Shown in pieces: positions 14,537 through 17,390 of a DNA stretch of 17,390 bases. Numbering within the stretch: position 1 is the stretch's first letter; each line of letters opens with the position of its first letter. Under the pieces are notes generated by a model. The model made no database searches and had not been told where the DNA came from. It saw only the letters and a list, made by a program, of their open reading frames with translations. Source of the stretch: Candidatus Aenigmatarchaeota archaeon (lineage in GTDB: Archaea > Aenigmatarchaeota > Aenigmatarchaeia > QMZP01); contig JAVZYR010000014.1 in the NCBI GenBank assembly GCA_038999435.1, positions 1 through 17,390 on the forward strand. The letters run 5' to 3'. A program made the position numbers and the translations under genes.

Positions 14537-15730
14537 TTATAACCATATCTTTATAACATCAAGTTTTAATGGTTTTGCAGACATGCCTAAAATAGATGAA
14601 ACGGATGGGGTTGTTCGGCCACCATCGCCTGTTATCATTTCCTTTACATAAAGGCCTGCCTGTGCCCTTATCACAAGTTCGAATCTTCTTTTTCCAATAA
14701 TTCTCCATTTAACATCTTTAACATATCTTTCCCTTATTATATCAGGTCTTCTTTTCAGCACCCTCTTCGGTGTTCTTTGTCTTATTCTATTTAACTTTGT
14801 CAGCCTTTTGAGAATCTTGCTATCAATTTCTTTATCTGTTTCGATAATTGCCCTATAGCTTTTATCAGGCTGTAAAGTCTTTATTTTAACAATATCTGAC
14901 CTGTCACAAAATCTCAAGGCACTGACCTTAATCTTTTTTGATTTATTTATCTCATTTCTCAACACGGCAAGCGATATACTTCTCTTTACTGGTTTTTTTA
15001 TCTCGAGCACAAACGGCCTTCCTGTAAGACATCTTACATCTATATCTTCTCTACCCATGCCATGAAAGTATGTCTTTTTACCCTTTGTCATCCTCAAAGC
15101 TGGCCTTGATAAAATCGATTGAATGGATTGTCTGTAACCCTCTTTTTCTGTTTGAGGTATGCCTGACACAAGCTTTTTATACATACCATAAATATAGAGA
15201 GGTTGTGGCTCTATGTCGATTCTTCCCTTATCATACATCATAAGCAGATCAGGTCTTCTCTCATCAGCCTTCTTTCCTGTTTTCTTTTCTATCGCTTTTC
15301 CAAGTTCTCTGTTTAGCTCCAATTTTATCGGTTCGTACCATTCTATACCAGCTGCCTTTATTACCTTATCCTCATTTTCAAGAATATTTTGCGATATCTT
15401 ACTCCCTACAACAAAAGTATGATATTCAAATCTCTTTGCCTTTGACAGCATATCTTTGGCGATATCATCAATTCTTTCAAAAAGATTACCACAAACAAAG
15501 CATTTTACTTTCTCTGCTTTTTCTACCTTAGATCTAAATTTGAATCCGATTAAATTCTCAATTTTTATATGAAATGGCCTTGCTTCGTATTCAAGAGCAA
15601 GAACTGTCCTTATGGCCCGTCCCCTTTCTGCATTGCTCAGGCCTGTGAGAAGTTGTGCAAAAAGCCTTCCAAGGCAATTATCGCATAGATAGTATCTTCT
15701 GAGTATCCTCTTTGCTCTTTCGCATATCAT
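14537..15730 (-). CDS. pus10: tRNA pseudouridine(54/55) synthase Pus10
   Basis: LCDNCLGR and CFVC zinc motifs, FHGMGREDIDVR catalytic Asp motif, QRTPKRV, GLYVKEMITGDGGRTTPS. Confidence 0.95.
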   Translation of the reverse strand: MICERAKRILRRYYLCDNCLGRLFAQLLTGLSNAERGRAIRTVLALEYEARPFHIKIENLIGFKFRSKVEKAEKVKCFVCGNLFERIDDIAKDMLSKAKRFEYHTFVVGSKISQNILENEDKVIKAAGIEWYEPIKLELNRELGKAIEKKTGKKADERRPDLLMMYDKGRIDIEPQPLYIYGMYKKLVSGIPQTEKEGYRQSIQSILSRPALRMTKGKKTYFHGMGREDIDVRCLTGRPFVLEIKKPVKRSISLAVLRNEINKSKKIKVSALRFCDRSDIVKIKTLQPDKSYRAIIETDKEIDSKILKRLTKLNRIRQRTPKRVLKRRPDIIRERYVKDVKWRIIGKRRFELVIRAQAGLYVKEMITGDGGRTTPSVSSILGMSAKPLKLDVIKIWL

Positions 15731-16239
15731 TCTATAATAAATGGTTCTATCGTCCTTATCTTTTTAAGCTCTGATTCGATGTTATCAAGCCTCTGCACAA
15801 TAAGGGCTGGGTCCATTTTTCTTAACTTTGCCTCAATCATTGCCTCCCTTGCCTTTAGTGCTTCAATGTCAGTGGTAAGTCTGCTCTTTTTAATCCAGTC
15901 TTGTATTTCAGCCAATGTAGAACTCATAGTACTTATCACCTCAGATAGCCTTGCAATCTCCTTTGAATTTACTGATATCAATTTTTTTGTTTCGTCAATC
16001 TCAGCTTTGATTGCAGATTCCCTCTCTGATATATCCTCTGGTTTTACTATTGTTGTTTCGAGTTCTGCCACTTTTTCTTTTAGCCTTTTTATATCGGGCA
16101 CAAATTTTGAAAGCTCTCTCTGCCCTTGTGTAAGCATGTTTAGTTGAGAGGATATCTTCTCATACCTTTCCTTCTCGCTCTTTTCTATGAAATCCTTTAT
16201 TGCCTTTTTAAATGCCACAATATCCTTTTCTGTTATCAT
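15727..16239 (-). CDS. Hypothetical coiled-coil protein
   Basis: K/E/I-rich heptad pattern; ATGA-type coupling at both ends. Confidence 0.75.
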   Translation of the reverse strand: MITEKDIVAFKKAIKDFIEKSEKERYEKISSQLNMLTQGQRELSKFVPDIKRLKEKVAELETTIVKPEDISERESAIKAEIDETKKLISVNSKEIARLSEVISTMSSTLAEIQDWIKKSRLTTDIEALKAREAMIEAKLRKMDPALIVQRLDNIESELKKIRTIEPFIIE

Positions 16240-16949
16240 AGCCCCTTTCCAATCTCCTTTATTATTCTTTCAACATCACTTATCTCACCCATTTTTGAAA
16301 ATCTCTGCATTATTTGTTTATTTGCAGCCTCAAGCTCTGAGAGCTTTTTTTCAATATTTAGAGGTACTTGCGTTCTTTCAATGGCCTTTTCAAGCTTTGC
16401 AATTCTTTCAAGTATATTTGGTGGTAACTTCTCAACAACCTCTATCTTTCTCTCGATTCTTTTCATGCCTGCTGGTTTAAGCCTATTAATAGCCTTCTCA
16501 AGGGCAGCAATTTGCTCAGTGAGTCTTTTATTTGCTGTTTCTAAAGATGATATTTTTTTCTCAATCCAAGGCACAGGCCTTATTTTTACAATCTTTGCCG
16601 TCTGTGCAGCCTTTTCAATATCCTGTAATTTTTTCTCTATTTTTTGAATTGTTGCCATCTTTATCTTTTCCTCAAGTTGACTTATCCTTCTCTCAAAATC
16701 GCGATATTCTGGTGATGCACGAACTGAAAAGTCGCCAAGTTTTATGTCCATTTCCTCAAGCCTTTTTTCAATCTCTCCAATCTGTGCAACAAGCCGCACA
16801 AGTTCTTTGCTTAGTCCTTCTTGAAGTTTTTTTATTGTTGCTGTATCCTCTTTCAGTTTCTTTATGTCTAACTTGTGAATAAGTTGTGCATTTTTTAGTT
16901 CATCCACATTTTCTTTAAGAACAGCAACCTTTCCTTCGAGGCTGACCAT
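16236..16949 (-). CDS. Hypothetical coiled-coil protein with internal repeats
   Basis: Long heptad runs; repeated IEKK(I/L)SxLExANK and IAxLEKAI segments. Confidence 0.75.
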   Translation of the reverse strand: MVSLEGKVAVLKENVDELKNAQLIHKLDIKKLKEDTATIKKLQEGLSKELVRLVAQIGEIEKRLEEMDIKLGDFSVRASPEYRDFERRISQLEEKIKMATIQKIEKKLQDIEKAAQTAKIVKIRPVPWIEKKISSLETANKRLTEQIAALEKAINRLKPAGMKRIERKIEVVEKLPPNILERIAKLEKAIERTQVPLNIEKKLSELEAANKQIMQRFSKMGEISDVERIIKEIGKGL

Positions 16950-16976
16950 ATTTATTTTTATTCCCTCTCATTTAAA

Positions 16977-17390
16977 TTAAAGTCTTTGTGATATCCATAC
17001 ATTAGGACATCTCTGATTCAATATCTTTATGCTGGAAAGCATGCCTTGAAGCTCTTCTGTTATGTTCGCTTTAATAATGCCCGAACTTCCTGGTTTAAGA
17101 GGCTTAGATTCTGTGAAATCGCTCCCATCCGTTGCATAAAAATGTTTTATTCCAATATCTGTGCCATTTACTATTTCAATCTCAAATGAAAATCCCCATA
17201 GATTTAATGTCCCTTTGTTTACAATCTTTGCCTCAAGGCTGTCATTAACCCCAAAATCCCATATTATTCCATGCACACCATAGCTTGTATCAAAGGCATA
17301 GGCAGCTGATGCACATTCTATGCCGGTTTGAGATTGATTTTGTGTCTGTTCTGCAATACTCCTTGTTAGCTCCATTGCCCATGGTACAAC
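16977..17390 (-). CDS. Partial pilin-like/secreted protein (5' end outside window)
   Basis: The frame stays open to the window edge (VVPWA-MELT...). IVNKG...L beta-sandwich-like motif, two Cys and several NxS/T sequons, as in archaeal pilin globular domains. Confidence 0.6.
   Translation of the reverse strand, partial: VVPWAMELTRSIAEQTQNQSQTGIECASAAYAFDTSYGVHGIIWDFGVNDSLEAKIVNKGTLNLWGFSFEIEIVNGTDIGIKHFYATDGSDFTESKPLKPGSSGIIKANITEELQGMLSSIKILNQRCPNVWISQRL

Overview
AT-rich, very compact archaeal genome segment, probably DPANN and plausibly Aenigmatarchaeota-like. The taxonomy is inferred from class I LysRS, a group II chaperonin, the Pus10-L21e-Rpo4-DUF655 cluster, many class III signal-peptide proteins and a tRNA-Ile(UAU). 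The + strand starts with small Cys-rich pilin-like genes, scpA, scpB and lysS. The - strand carries pilin and coiled-coil genes, pus10, rpl21e, rpoF, DUF655, a CBS protein, a THUMP-less ThiI, the thermosome, a type IV pilus operon ending in a dolichol-kinase-like gene, and a TIM-barrel gene. The most unusual content is in the tRNA genes. tRNA-Arg(UCU) (3961-4258, -) has three introns (15/16, 37/38, 59/60) and tRNA-Ile(UAU) (12052-12275, +) has two (15/16, 59/60). The two genes share a near-identical, GC-rich, multi-hairpin T-loop intron (163 vs 112 nt) that looks like a stack of small intron modules. Their mature bodies differ at only 4 substitutions plus 1 indel. The 33-nt anticodon intron of tRNA-Arg looks like a minimal box C'/D' guide RNA aimed at U34 of its own tRNA. 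All calls come from reading the sequence by eye, with no database searches.
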